A stretch of DNA of 64,000 nt from Cyanobacteria bacterium J06626_4 (GCA_038523235.1 JBCBJQ010000020.1:1-64000); one strand, 5' to 3'. Numbered from the stretch's first letter, positions 51,808-62,685 are shown. The notes: generated by a model not told the origin, from the sequence alone. A program made the numbers and translations.

Positions 51808-54051
51808 ATGCCACTTCCTACTAGGAAACCGGAACTGCCGTCTAATTTATGGCGGGCCCGGTTATCGCGTCGAATTGTATTTTGGGTCTTTATCAGCATT
51901 GTGGTGATTGAGGCAATCATCCTGGTGCCTTCAGTGCTGCGTCGTGAGCGCGAACTGTTGGAATATCTGCAGGCGCTGTCGGGCGCGCAAGCCGAAGGGG
52001 TGCTCAGCACCAAAGGCGATCTGAGTACGGCGAACGATGCCAAGATGCTCGAAAGCCTCGAAAGCTTGCTGAGCAATGAAGTGGTTTTGGGGGGGGCGCT
52101 CTATCGCACCGATCGCACCCCGGTCGGTGAATTTGGCGAAGTCCCAGAGCTAACTCTTGAGGCCGCCTTATCGCAGGCCCAAAGTCAGAGCGGTGGCGAT
52201 CGCTATAACCGGCACACGCAGCGTTATGACGCGCTGTCGCAGATGATATCCCTCGGGGGCCGGTACTATCTGATCATTCGCCATGATGCCACCTGGGTCG
52301 GGCGTGAGTTTTACTTCTTTATTGCCCGCATTACGGGCCTCGTGTTTATCATTTCGGTGTTTGTCACCGGCGCAACGATGGTCGTACTTGATCGCTTGGT
52401 GATTTCTGCCGTCTTAGCCCTGCGGCGCGATCTGCGGCAGGCAGGCCAGTCCATTCGCCAAAGTGAAGATGTGCGATCGCTCTCCTTTGAGTCAGTCAAA
52501 CGCGAAAAACTGCGACAGGATGAACTGGGCGACGTCATCACCACCTTTGAAGAAATGGTGAATCAAGTCGGTGCCGCCAACACGGAACGAGATCACGCCG
52601 AAGCGGCTCTGCGGCTCTCCGAGGAAAAGTTTTCAAAATCGTTTTATGCCAGCCCCAACCCCATGAGCCTGAGCATTTTCGAAACGGGGGAGCTGCTTGA
52701 AGTCAACGATAGCTTTTTAGGATTGTATGGGGCGAGCCGCGACGCCGTGGTGGGCAAAACCGCCGCTGATTTGGCCCTGTGGGCCGACCTGAGCGATCGC
52801 GAGGCGCTGTTAACAATCCTCCAAAAACAGGGATTCGTCCGCAACCAAGAATATCGGTTTCGCACCGCTGGGCAGCGCTACCGCATCGTGCTGTACTCAG
52901 CAGAAATCGTTTTTTTGGATGGCCAACGCTGCATTCTCTCCGTTTCTAACGACATTACCGAGCGCAAAGCTGCCGAAGAAGCCCTAATCGAAAGCGAACA
53001 GCGCTTTCGCACCTTGATTGACCAAGCCACCGATGCCCTGTTTGTCGTGGATTCTGATGGTCGGCTGATCGATGCTAACCGCGAGGCCTGTCATACGCTC
53101 GGCTATACCCGTGACGAGCTGCTGCAATTGTCAGTCCCAGACGTGCAAAAATCCGTGAGTCTCACCGATCTGGAACAGGATTGGCAGCTGCAGCCCGGTG
53201 AAGCTACTACCCGTGAGGGCATCCACCAGCGCAAAGACGGTAGCCAGTTTCCCGTTGAGGTGCGGTTGGGACGCATTGAAATTGGTGGGCGATCAGTGCT
53301 GCTGGCGCTGGCTCGCGATATCACCACCCGCCGACAAATGGCCCAAGCCCAAGCGCGACTGGCCGAAATTGGTGAACTCGCGGCCATGATCGTCCATGAA
53401 GTCCGCAATCCGCTGACCACAGTACTCATGGGCCTCCATTCTTTTGAACAGATGGATTTGCCCGATCGCGCCAAGATGCGCCTGGCTTTTGCGCTAGAAG
53501 AATCTGAGCGACTGCAGCGGCTGCTCAACGAAATTTTGATGTACGCCCGTGAGCAGCAGCTAGATCTGGCACCGTTAGAGGTGGGGCCATTTCTGCAAAC
53601 GCTGAGTGATGAATTTAGCCATCAGCCCGTGGCGACTGAACGCACCCTCAAAACCCGAGGCCTCGATCAGGCGGGCCATATTGCCGGCGATCGCGATCGG
53701 TTGAAACAAGTGTTTATCAACCTGCTTAGTAACGCTTGCGAAGCAGCCCCCGCCGACGAGGTGATCACCTGCACCATGATCGAAAGCCCTGACTGTGTGG
53801 TGGTGAAGGTTCACAATGGCGGCCCCCCCATTCCCCCCGATGTGCTGCCCAAGTTGACTCAGCCTTTTTTCACCACCAAATCGAGTGGCAATGGCTTGGG
53901 CCTCGCCATCACCCGCCGCATCGTTGAAGCCCACGGCGGCACCCTGCACTTTGCCTCAGCGGCTGAGACGGGTACCACCGCGACGGTACAGTTGCCTGTT
54001 CACCTCACCTGCAGTGTGAATGGTGATGAAATGGATGCTTCAAGCCGCTGA
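51808..54051 (+). CDS. Membrane sensor histidine kinase with HAMP-like and two PAS domains
   Basis: Two TMs; DELG; PAS ends DITER/DITTR; HEVRNPL; N box; FFTTK; GNGLGL. Confidence 0.92.
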   Translation: MPLPTRKPELPSNLWRARLSRRIVFWVFISIVVIEAIILVPSVLRRERELLEYLQALSGAQAEGVLSTKGDLSTANDAKMLESLESLLSNEVVLGGALYRTDRTPVGEFGEVPELTLEAALSQAQSQSGGDRYNRHTQRYDALSQMISLGGRYYLIIRHDATWVGREFYFFIARITGLVFIISVFVTGATMVVLDRLVISAVLALRRDLRQAGQSIRQSEDVRSLSFESVKREKLRQDELGDVITTFEEMVNQVGAANTERDHAEAALRLSEEKFSKSFYASPNPMSLSIFETGELLEVNDSFLGLYGASRDAVVGKTAADLALWADLSDREALLTILQKQGFVRNQEYRFRTAGQRYRIVLYSAEIVFLDGQRCILSVSNDITERKAAEEALIESEQRFRTLIDQATDALFVVDSDGRLIDANREACHTLGYTRDELLQLSVPDVQKSVSLTDLEQDWQLQPGEATTREGIHQRKDGSQFPVEVRLGRIEIGGRSVLLALARDITTRRQMAQAQARLAEIGELAAMIVHEVRNPLTTVLMGLHSFEQMDLPDRAKMRLAFALEESERLQRLLNEILMYAREQQLDLAPLEVGPFLQTLSDEFSHQPVATERTLKTRGLDQAGHIAGDRDRLKQVFINLLSNACEAAPADEVITCTMIESPDCVVVKVHNGGPPIPPDVLPKLTQPFFTTKSSGNGLGLAITRRIVEAHGGTLHFASAAETGTTATVQLPVHLTCSVNGDEMDASSR

Positions 54052-54212
54052 ACTCAGCCTCTGGCGATCGCGGGGCAACCCGTACCTTGGCCTTCGGAAT
54101 TCACCGCCGCTGCCGCCTGAAGTCTCTTTTAACCTTTCGTTACAATCAGGACATTAAAGCGGATTGATGGCGAAACCGGTCAAGCCGCGCTCAACGTTTT
54201 CGAGGTGCCCAC

Positions 54213-55352
54213 ATGAATGGCAACTTACGGGTCGGTAACCTGTTTGGGATTCCCTTCTATGTCAATGTCTCTTGGTTTTTAGTTTTAGCTCTAATCACGT
54301 GGAACTACGGCAGTGCTCTGTCCGGGGCCTTTCCGACGTTGCCGGGCACGATGCCTTGGCTGCTGGGGTTGTCGGCGGCGCTACTGCTGTTTAGCTCGGT
54401 GTTAGCCCATGAGCTGGGTCACAGCTTTGCGGCCATCCAGCAAGGGATTGGTGTCAACTCTATCACGCTGTTTTTGTTCGGTGGGCTCGCAGCTCTTGAA
54501 AAAGAGTCCGACAATCCTGGCGGTGCCTTCAAGGTGGCGATCGCCGGACCGGTGGTCAGTCTGGTGTTGTTTGTGCTGCTTTCCACCGTGGGTCAGGTGC
54601 TCTCTCTGGGCGGGCCGGTGGGCGCGATCGTGTCGCTGTTGGCTTACATCAACTTGGCCTTGGGCGTATTTAACCTGCTGCCTGGGCTGCCGCTAGACGG
54701 GGGCAATGTGCTTAAGGCGATTGTCTGGAAGGTGACCGGTAACCCCTATAAGGGCACTGCGTTTGCGAGTCGGGCCGGACAGGTGATCGGCTGGTTCGCG
54801 ATCGGCATCGGTACTGCCGCCATCCTCGGCATTAGCACGTTTGGTAGCAGCTGGACGCTGCTCATCGGCTGGTTTTTGCTTAGCAACGCCAACCGCTCTG
54901 CGCAATCAGCATCCGTGCAGCAGCGTCTGGATGGTCTCACTGCCCAAGATGCACTGGTCGACAACAGTCCCATCGTGGCTCAGCAAGCTTCGTTGCGAGA
55001 GTTTGCTGATGAGGTGCTGCTGAACTCAACGGGCAACTGGCAGCGGTTTTTAGTGGTGGACACCGCGGGCCAGCTAGTCGGCACGATCTCGGTAGAGGCG
55101 CTGCAGACGGTGTCTCGCGATCGCTGGGCCGTGACGACTGTGGGCGATGTGATGACAGCCGAAACGGCGCTCACCACCATTCGCTCTAACGAATCACTCC
55201 TCGACGTTGTGCAAACCCTTGAGGCGAAAAAGCTCTCGGTGCTCGCCGTGATTCGCGACAATGGTCAGCTAATGGGGCTGCTAGAAAAACGGGCGATTGT
55301 TCGGCTAATGCAGGGGCAAGCCTCCGAAATCAATCCAGCACCGGCCAAGTAG
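54213..55352 (+). CDS. Site-2 protease (M50) with CBS domains
   Basis: HELGH, AGP and FNLLPGLPLDGG; CBS-like C-terminus. Confidence 0.93.
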   Translation: MNGNLRVGNLFGIPFYVNVSWFLVLALITWNYGSALSGAFPTLPGTMPWLLGLSAALLLFSSVLAHELGHSFAAIQQGIGVNSITLFLFGGLAALEKESDNPGGAFKVAIAGPVVSLVLFVLLSTVGQVLSLGGPVGAIVSLLAYINLALGVFNLLPGLPLDGGNVLKAIVWKVTGNPYKGTAFASRAGQVIGWFAIGIGTAAILGISTFGSSWTLLIGWFLLSNANRSAQSASVQQRLDGLTAQDALVDNSPIVAQQASLREFADEVLLNSTGNWQRFLVVDTAGQLVGTISVEALQTVSRDRWAVTTVGDVMTAETALTTIRSNESLLDVVQTLEAKKLSVLAVIRDNGQLMGLLEKRAIVRLMQGQASEINPAPAK

Positions 55353-55422
55353 CCTAACGCTTAAGACAGTAAACCGGTTCCAACAAAAATCTGAACCGGT
55401 TTATTGACCGCTTGCTTATACC

Positions 55423-55459
55423 AAAAGCGCCGTTCACATTAGTTGTGAACGGCGCTTTT
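55423..55459. terminator. Bidirectional terminator between the M50 gene and the tRNA
   Basis: AAAAGCGCCGTTCACA-TTAGT-TGTGAACGGCGCTTTT. Confidence 0.85.
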
Positions 55460-55467
55460 AAGTTGCT

Positions 55468-55544
<77 letters not shown>

Positions 55545-55686
55545 TCGGCTTATCCACTATAGCGAATAATGTTCGAGTTAGACGAAAAATCAGCATTGAA
55601 TCTCAATCGAATTCTCGATATCGGCCGAAACGCCATGCAGCAACCGTCTGACTATCCGCAGATGAATACTTTCAGAGCCGATTTTC

Positions 55687-56190
55687 TCACGTGTCATCTT
55701 GGGGCATCGTTGCCTCACCCTCATCGGTGACAACGTTTAGCTCTGTGTCAAACGTCGTCGTGGCTTTTTCCAGCTCAGCATTGAGGGCAGCGGCGGCAGC
55801 TTCATTAGCCGCTTTAAGCTTGGCGGCCGCGGCCGCTTGTTCGGCTTGAAGGACTTGCTCAATCTCTAGGCTTTTGGTTTCAAGGGTCTCCTCGTCGGCT
55901 ATCGGCGCGGTCTCGACGCTATCGCTGGTCTGACCATTCGGCTCATCCAAGGGCGCGATCGCGGCGTCTGGTTCGAGATCGGGGGTGTCGTCTGGTGGAA
56001 CCGGGGTGTCGCTGGTCGTGGTCACACTGGCAGGGCGATCGCTTTGCTGCAGCTGATCCGATACCGATTCCAACTGGGGCAAATCTTCGATAGCTGTTGG
56101 GCTACAGGCGGCGGTACTAATTAGCAGGCACACTAACGCCAGGGTGGCGATGCAGCGTCGGCCGAGGGCGGTCAGTTTCATAAAGGGCAT
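55687..56190 (-). CDS. Acidic low-complexity lipoprotein
   Basis: Signal peptide ending TAAC; Asp/Glu/Pro-rich with an Ala-rich helix. Confidence 0.65.
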   Translation of the reverse strand: MPFMKLTALGRRCIATLALVCLLISTAACSPTAIEDLPQLESVSDQLQQSDRPASVTTTSDTPVPPDDTPDLEPDAAIAPLDEPNGQTSDSVETAPIADEETLETKSLEIEQVLQAEQAAAAAKLKAANEAAAAALNAELEKATTTFDTELNVVTDEGEATMPQDDT

Positions 56191-56422
56191 GGTTTGATGA
56201 CTAAGAGCAGCGCGAGAGCGGAGCGAAACGCTGAGGGAATGGGAAAATCACACCCCAATTTTAGGGGACTTTGCATTGGGTTCTCTCTAGAATTGGCGCT
56301 ACCGGCACAAAATCATGTTGACTGCGACAGCCTTGATCCGGTGGGCAGTCATTTATCGCTTTTGAGGGATGAAATTGCGCGATCGCGGCTAATACAATAG
56401 CGTTACGAATCATTTTGTCCGA

Positions 56423-56845
56423 ATGAATAATACTGCCAAGCTCAAGCAACTCAACCGTATTCGCCGCCTCACTCGCCTGATGGATACGGCTTTCAAAGTG
56501 CCAGGGTTGGGGCTCAAGGTGGGGCTAGACCCGATTGTGGGATTAATACCGGGAATTGGTGATGTGCTCTCAACCGCGACATCTGCCTACATCATCTTTT
56601 TGGCCACTCAGTTTCGGTTGCCGACTGGCACTATTGGCAAAATGGCGATGAATGTCGGCTTAGAGTTTTTGGTCGGTGCGATGCCCCTGTTTGGCGACGT
56701 TTTTGATGCTTTCTTTAAGTCAAATGTGCGTAATTTGGCGTTGCTAGAGGCGCATCTTGCCGCTGAGTCCCCCACGCTAGAAGCTGATGATGAGTTCAAT
56801 CTCGCCAGCGTTTCGCCCAGCTTGAGTGAAGTTCGAGGCGGATAG
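56423..56845 (+). CDS. DUF4112 family protein
   Basis: LMDTAFKVPG..GLDPIVGLIPGIGD, GDVFD.FFKSNVRN. Confidence 0.88.
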   Translation: MNNTAKLKQLNRIRRLTRLMDTAFKVPGLGLKVGLDPIVGLIPGIGDVLSTATSAYIIFLATQFRLPTGTIGKMAMNVGLEFLVGAMPLFGDVFDAFFKSNVRNLALLEAHLAAESPTLEADDEFNLASVSPSLSEVRGG

Positions 56846-56913
56846 TCTTTGCCAGCAGCTTGTCGTCTCGATCGCGGGCTCTGCGGCTATCTGCACTACA
56901 TCAATTTTTGAGC

Positions 56914-57095
56914 TAAGGAACAAGGATTAAATAAAGTTCTCAATTTGTCTGAAACAAATCTGACCACATTTCCCTTCCTGGGAGGGGCTTACGGGGTGGG
57001 TTAACCACTAATGCTTGAGATCGACCCCACCCCGCCCTGCGGGCACCCCTCCCGAGAGGGGAGAAATTGACACATTATTAAGTTCCCAATCCTAA
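56914..57095. repeat. REP/MITE-like element with nested GC-rich hairpins
   Basis: TCCCTTCCTGGGAGGGG..GGGGTGGG mirrored by CCCCACCCC..CCCCTCCCGAGAGGGGA; weak AT-rich outer inverted repeats. Confidence 0.6.
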
Positions 57096-57322
57096 CTGGT
57101 TTTGAACTAACTGATGTTGAGCTAATTGGGCTCAACACCAGCACTCAATATTTGGCTAACGTTCAGCTGTAATTCGGAGAAAGTTGGAGAAATCAGGCGA
57201 TCGCCCTGGCGTAATTGCTGGGTTTGATATTCCCCCTCCACCCATTGGCAGAGCAGTCATGGTGTTGGTCGAGCCTCTCTAGACGCAAACCTTAACGTTA
57301 ATCATAACGAGCAGAATTAAGG

Positions 57323-59683
57323 CTATTCTGCTCGCTGTAATTTGGTGAGTTTAGGGTCAATAATTTTGCGGCCCTGATTGGGAAACTTCACCGCCAGGCA
57401 AATCTTGTTGCCCGCGCCAAAAATGTGGGTCACTTCCCCCGCGCCGTAGGCATCATGTACCACGATATCGCCCACAGTCCAGTCAAATTCATGGGCTCCG
57501 CTGCCGGGTTTTGCCGCCACTTCCTGCTTCTTGCGCACATCGCGGATAGGAGTAGTCATGCGTTGGGGCAGGCCCAGCCCGGCGTTCGTGGTGATGTAAT
57601 CCATCGGCAGCTCACCCAGAAACAGCGAGGGACTGGCCGGTTCGCGGTTGCCGTAGAGTCGCCGTGCGCGCGCATAGGAGATAAACAGTCGCTCTTTAGC
57701 ACGGGTGATGCCGACATAGCAGAGGCGGCGTTCTTCTTCGATCGCAGCGGGGTCTTCGAGCGATCGAAAGTTGGGGAACAGTCCCTGCTCTAACCCGACG
57801 AGGAACACGACCGGAAACTCTAGGCCCTTAGAGGAATGCAGGGTCATGAGGGAGACGGAATTGCCCGCTTCGTTCACGTCGTCCAAATCGGAAGCGAGAG
57901 AGGCATTGGCCAGAAAGGCGATGAGCGAACTGTCTTCGTTTTCTTCCTCAAATTGCAGCACAGCGTTGTAAAGTTCCTGCACGTTACCGACACGTTCCAA
58001 TGCTTCGTCCGTGCCTTCGGCCTTCAACGCGTCTAGATAACCAGAGTCTTCCAGCAGTTCTTGAATGATTTCCGAGCCCTTGGACTGATCCAGCTGACCG
58101 CGATACTTTTTGATCAGACCGGCAAACTCTAAAACGCCTTTGGCAGATCGCCCCGCTAAGGTTTTGACCGACGTTTCGTCACTGAGAATTTCCCACAGGG
58201 GAATATTGCCCAAGGTTTGGGTGGCTTGATCGAGCTTATCGATGGTGCCTTTGCCGACGCCGCGCCGGGGCACGTTGATCACGCGCTTGATGCTGACGGT
58301 ATCTGCCGGATTTGCGATCGCCCGCAGGTAGGCCAGCACGTCTTTGATTTCGCGGCGATCGTAAAATCGCAGGCCGCCCACGACCTGATAGGGAATGCTG
58401 TAGCGGGTCAGAACCTCCTCAAAGGAGCGCGACTGGGCGTTAGTGCGATAGAGAATGGCAAAGTGCCCCCACTTCAGCTCGGGATGCTGAAACTCTAAAT
58501 TGCGAATCTGCCCCACGACAAAATCGGCTTCGTGCAGTTCATCTTCGGCCTTGTAGCAGAGAATCGCCTCGCCTTCGCCTCGCGTCGCCCGCAACACCTT
58601 GTCGATGCGCTCGGTGTTGTTTTCAATGATGTGATTCGCCACGTCCAAAATGTTGGAGGTCGAGCGGTAGTTTTCCTCCAGTTTGACCATGGTGCGGGTG
58701 TCGTCGTCGGGCAGACTGTCGCCAAAGTCATCCTGAAAGTTCATCAAAATGGTGAAATCAGCCGCCCGGAAGGAATAGATGCTCTGGTCCGCATCCCCCA
58801 CCACAAACGTCGAGCGGTTGCGCCAGTCGTTGAAACGCTCCATCGATTCGCCATTAGTGGTGAGCAGGCGAATCAGATCGTACTGGGTGCGGTTGGTGTC
58901 TTGATACTCGTCCACCAGAATGTGGCGAAAGCGATTATGCCAATAGCCCAGCACTGATTCATTTTGCTGAAATAGCTTGACGGGGATAAGAATCAGGTCG
59001 TCAAAATCCAGTGCGTTGTTTTCGGCCAGAGCCTTTTCGTAGTGGCGATACACCTCGGCGATAATCTTGCCCCGGTAGTTGGGCTGATCTTTCTCTAGCT
59101 CTGCCGGGGTGAAGTTTTGATTCTTGGCATTGCTGATGGCATAGCGCACCGATCGCGGATTGAACTTTTTGTCATCCAGGTTCATCTGCTTGGTGACAAT
59201 GGTCTTCACCAGGCTCTGAGCGTCGGATTCGTCAAAAATTGAGAAGGTCTTTTTCCAGGTGTAGCCGTCGGGATGCTGGTACTTCTCAATGTCGAACCGC
59301 AAAATACGCGAGCACAGGGCGTGGAAGGTGCCAATCCACAAATACTTGGTGACGTTTTTATAGACGTGCGATTTAAGCTTGGTCTGTTCGTACTCTGGCA
59401 GGGCTGACAGCGATTTGCCATGCTTCGCTTCTGCTTCCTGCTCGGCAAACAGCACCTCAATCCGCTCTTTCATTTCTTTGGCGGCTTTGTTGGTAAAGGT
59501 CACCGCCAAGATGTTTTCGGGGTCAACGCGATGGTTGAGCACCAGATTGGCAATGCGAAAGGTGAGAGCACGGGTTTTGCCTGAACCCGCCCCGGCGACC
59601 ACGAGCAAAGGGCCACAGAAGTGCTCAACGGCAGCGCGTTGGGAAGGGTTAAGCTTAACGAGAAAGTCGGTGGAAGCCGTCAT
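57323..59683 (-). CDS. pcrA: ATP-dependent DNA helicase PcrA/UvrD
   Basis: AGAGSGKT, TFTNKAA, DEYQD, LEENYRS, TLHSSKGLEF and EERRLCYVGITRA. Confidence 0.97.
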   Translation of the reverse strand: MTASTDFLVKLNPSQRAAVEHFCGPLLVVAGAGSGKTRALTFRIANLVLNHRVDPENILAVTFTNKAAKEMKERIEVLFAEQEAEAKHGKSLSALPEYEQTKLKSHVYKNVTKYLWIGTFHALCSRILRFDIEKYQHPDGYTWKKTFSIFDESDAQSLVKTIVTKQMNLDDKKFNPRSVRYAISNAKNQNFTPAELEKDQPNYRGKIIAEVYRHYEKALAENNALDFDDLILIPVKLFQQNESVLGYWHNRFRHILVDEYQDTNRTQYDLIRLLTTNGESMERFNDWRNRSTFVVGDADQSIYSFRAADFTILMNFQDDFGDSLPDDDTRTMVKLEENYRSTSNILDVANHIIENNTERIDKVLRATRGEGEAILCYKAEDELHEADFVVGQIRNLEFQHPELKWGHFAILYRTNAQSRSFEEVLTRYSIPYQVVGGLRFYDRREIKDVLAYLRAIANPADTVSIKRVINVPRRGVGKGTIDKLDQATQTLGNIPLWEILSDETSVKTLAGRSAKGVLEFAGLIKKYRGQLDQSKGSEIIQELLEDSGYLDALKAEGTDEALERVGNVQELYNAVLQFEEENEDSSLIAFLANASLASDLDDVNEAGNSVSLMTLHSSKGLEFPVVFLVGLEQGLFPNFRSLEDPAAIEEERRLCYVGITRAKERLFISYARARRLYGNREPASPSLFLGELPMDYITTNAGLGLPQRMTTPIRDVRKKQEVAAKPGSGAHEFDWTVGDIVVHDAYGAGEVTHIFGAGNKICLAVKFPNQGRKIIDPKLTKLQRAE

Positions 59684-59816
59684 GGGCAAGGGGCACGGTG
59701 GGAGGCAAACATCCCTTAGTATGACATCCCCACCAAATTTGAACGTTAGGGCAATGAGTTCTTCCGACTGCTCCGCCGCTCTTTAGCAGACACAAGAAGT
59801 AAGGAGGGGGATGTGC

Positions 59817-60176
59817 CTACTCATCATAATTACCCGGTTCCAGTAACAAGTAGAGGCCGTCGAGAATTTGCTGAACTCGCTGAGGGGATAAAGTGCCGAT
59901 CTTTTCATCGAGTTGACTGCGATCTACCGTGAAGATTTGAGAAATGTTCACGACGCTCGGCTTCGTTAAATTAGCTTCTCCTGGATCAAGCAGCACATTG
60001 CCGGGCGCTTTGGCACGTTTGAGATTTGAGGTGAGTGCACAGACGACAACTGTACGAATGTTGCTGTTATTGAAGTCATTGTTTTGAATGACGACATGGG
60101 GATGTCGATAGCCGGGGGCTGAGCCAATCGGATCGCCTAAATCAACCCAATAAATATCGCCTTGCTGGACTACCAT
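59817..60176 (-). CDS. mazF: PemK/MazF family toxin
   Basis: QGDIYWVDL....GS....RHP.VVIQN, LTSN and SVVNISQI.TVDR. Confidence 0.92.
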   Translation of the reverse strand: MVVQQGDIYWVDLGDPIGSAPGYRHPHVVIQNNDFNNSNIRTVVVCALTSNLKRAKAPGNVLLDPGEANLTKPSVVNISQIFTVDRSQLDEKIGTLSPQRVQQILDGLYLLLEPGNYDE

Positions 60177-60427
60177 TCCCCTTCAACTAAATTGCGGTGA
60201 CTACTCTGCATCGTCTGCAGTAAGCGGCCTTCATCTTCATCCAAGTCGTCCGCATAGGCCGCGTTGATATCGGCAATCAGATCGGGCCGTTTGCGGTATC
60301 GCCGGATAAAGTCTTGCAACGCCAATGTGACCAATCGACTCCAGGAGATCTGAAGTTCCTGGGCGAGGGTCTGAGAATCATTGATGAGCGATTCTTGAAT
60401 GGGGAGGCCAGTCGGTTGATCTGCCAT
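60170..60427 (-). CDS. Putative RHH/CopG-type antitoxin
   Basis: LAQELQISWSRLVTLALQDFI, INAAYAD; overlaps the mazF start. Confidence 0.78.
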   Translation of the reverse strand: MADQPTGLPIQESLINDSQTLAQELQISWSRLVTLALQDFIRRYRKRPDLIADINAAYADDLDEDEGRLLQTMQSSHRNLVEGEW

Positions 60428-60724
60428 AGGATTGTGAAAAGTAGCTGAGGCAATTAACTGAAGTTTAGCCAAATTATACAGAGAGCAGTAGGATCTCGGC
60501 CTATATTCAGTATCCTGGTATCCCCGTCTGCAATATACCAGCGATAAGGGGCGGCAAACCTGTCAGCTTTTAAGAGATGGCGATGCAACCAAATGGCCTG
60601 CGTTAGATGAACATATCGATTTTGGAGGATTGTTAGCAAACACAAAAATCAGCAAAAGCCAGTGCCCTTTTGAGCTATTGCGAGAACAACGAACAGATCA
60701 AAAGGACTGGAGATTCTAACGAAG

Positions 60725-61710
60725 CTAGAAGTCAAACTTAGTGATTCCGAGTTCCTTACCTTGATAGTCAATATTCAAAATTAGATACCCTAAGTTTAGG
60801 GTCATCAACTTTTCATAATCCTTTTCAGAAATCTTTTTTCTCATAAATAGGATCAGCCTAGTTTCTATATCTGGTGTCAGCTTACCTTTAAAGTTCTTAC
60901 CATTGAATAAAAGACAGTAGTTACCATCTTGGTCTTTATTCAAGTCAGAAAAATCAGATTTAGATAGCAGCGGATGCAATGAGTCAAGCCTAAACTCAAC
61001 CGACCTTACAGAAATCTCATATTCTGATTTATTGCAGATTAAAAATTCAAAATAATCTTCTTCGGTTTTTCTTTTAAACTTTCTGGGTTCAATTTTTATT
61101 AGCTTGCTAATTCGATATTCTAGTTCTCTCTTCTCTTCTTCTTCGGGAGTGATAGGAGGTTTCCATTCTCTAACTTTTGGGACAGAAGCTCCTCTAGGAA
61201 AACTAGCTACTTTCGTAAGACTTGGAATGTCTTGAAGATCCGCTTCAAGGATGTCAAATATTTCAAAAAGATATAAAAGTGTATCTGTATCCTCCACTAG
61301 TCGAAAGACATTATGTACATCCTTTAAATAAAATCTACTGTCGTATCGCTCATCCCTAAATATACAAAATCTTATTTCTCTATGTATTGTCGGAGAATCT
61401 TCATCTTTGTTTATCTGGATAGTTTGAGAAACCCTTTCAGCAATTTCTTGCGCTAGCTCTGATTTTTTATGCTGATCTTTTATTCTTTCTGAATAATTGA
61501 ATTCAAAGTATGAAACCACAATTCCTATTAAGACGGCGACAATTTTGATGCAGATACCTGCCAAAAAGCATATAAATCATTGTCAATATTTTCTTTGTTG
61601 AAAGAGAGAATTATATATACAGTTATGAGAAAAGCTGTTGTTAGGCAGTAGATTAAGATGGTTGATTTATCTACTGCCTTAATAAAGTTTTCCTTGTCGT
61701 CTTTCTTCAT
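60725..61710 (-). pseudogene. AT-rich 2-TM protein gene split by a 1-nt frameshift
   Basis: ORFs 61528-61710 and 60725-61564 join if one base is added to the A5 run at 61563-61567. Confidence 0.65.
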
Positions 61711-61915
61711 AGTTATGTACTACTCTTCTTGGAGTGACATTTCTGGCTGTTGTAGCTGAGCAACCTGCACTAGCAGTGACCTGATTTCTACAGTGATCAG
61801 TATATTGCTCTCGTTGGGGATGCGATCGCTCCCCGACAGCAGCGCCGCAACCATGCGAGTTCAGGAACCTAGAAGCCAAAAGATTTTGAGGGTGTGGGAG
61901 CGATCGCTCCAATTC

Positions 61916-62242
61916 TCACCCGTTAATCTCTTCAGCTTGTTCTTTTTGCAACAGGAAGTCGATGAAGTCATTAAGGAGAGATCGCTGCTCTAACGGTAAA
62001 CGCCGCAGCTTTTCCAGCATCAGTTGCTCTTGCTGCCACTGACCCAGCGACATAATTTGCGAAGCAGCTACTTCAACGGTGACATCAGGAACGTCAAAAC
62101 CCTCAAGGCTATAGCCATCTTCCTCATCTTTGGGCATAGGGTAATGTTCAACTACCGTGGCGACATCTCCCCGTTTTAGATGGTGCTCTGGAAAATCGGC
62201 TGCCAAAGCCACTTGAGAAAATAGAGGATACTGAGTTGTCAT
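61916..62242 (-). CDS. DUF4926-like protein with a C-terminal helical extension
   Basis: LFSQVAL..D.PEH.LKRGDVATVVEH...GYSLE. Confidence 0.7.
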   Translation of the reverse strand: MTTQYPLFSQVALAADFPEHHLKRGDVATVVEHYPMPKDEEDGYSLEGFDVPDVTVEVAASQIMSLGQWQQEQLMLEKLRRLPLEQRSLLNDFIDFLLQKEQAEEING

Positions 62243-62571
62243 GATCTGCCTCCTGTGTTTGGCACAAGCGTCACAAACTTCGTCATGTTATCCGTGACTA
62301 TCCAAATCGTTAGAACAATAAGCTCAGTCCCATTGGGGCCTGTGAGCGCAGTTCGGATAGCGTACTTGTCACCAAATTGTGTTTTCTCTAGAAACTCGGC
62401 GGGTTGTGTGAGTACCTGATTACGGAGATCTTGCTCTAACCTGCACCAGTTTGCCAAGGTATAACCCGCAGAAGCTAAGAATTTTGACTTGTCATCCTTG
62501 GATAGCTGTACGAGTAAGTAGCGAGTTAACTTTTCTTCAGCAATGATTGCATTGGCTGAAAGATAAATCAT
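62239..62571 (-). CDS. DUF6883-like protein
   Basis: IIAEEKLTRYLL, DKSKFL...GY, FGDKY, L.GPNG, TIWI and FVTL. Confidence 0.7.
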   Translation of the reverse strand: MIYLSANAIIAEEKLTRYLLVQLSKDDKSKFLASAGYTLANWCRLEQDLRNQVLTQPAEFLEKTQFGDKYAIRTALTGPNGTELIVLTIWIVTDNMTKFVTLVPNTGGRS

Positions 62572-62685
62572 CGAAGTTTTCTGAAGACTTAGTAACGGGC
62601 TAAAATCATAACCGCCTTCAAGCATCAAGCGGGATTGCTTGACCAGAGAGGGTTGAGGGGTTCCAAGAGATCGCCCCATCTCCTC

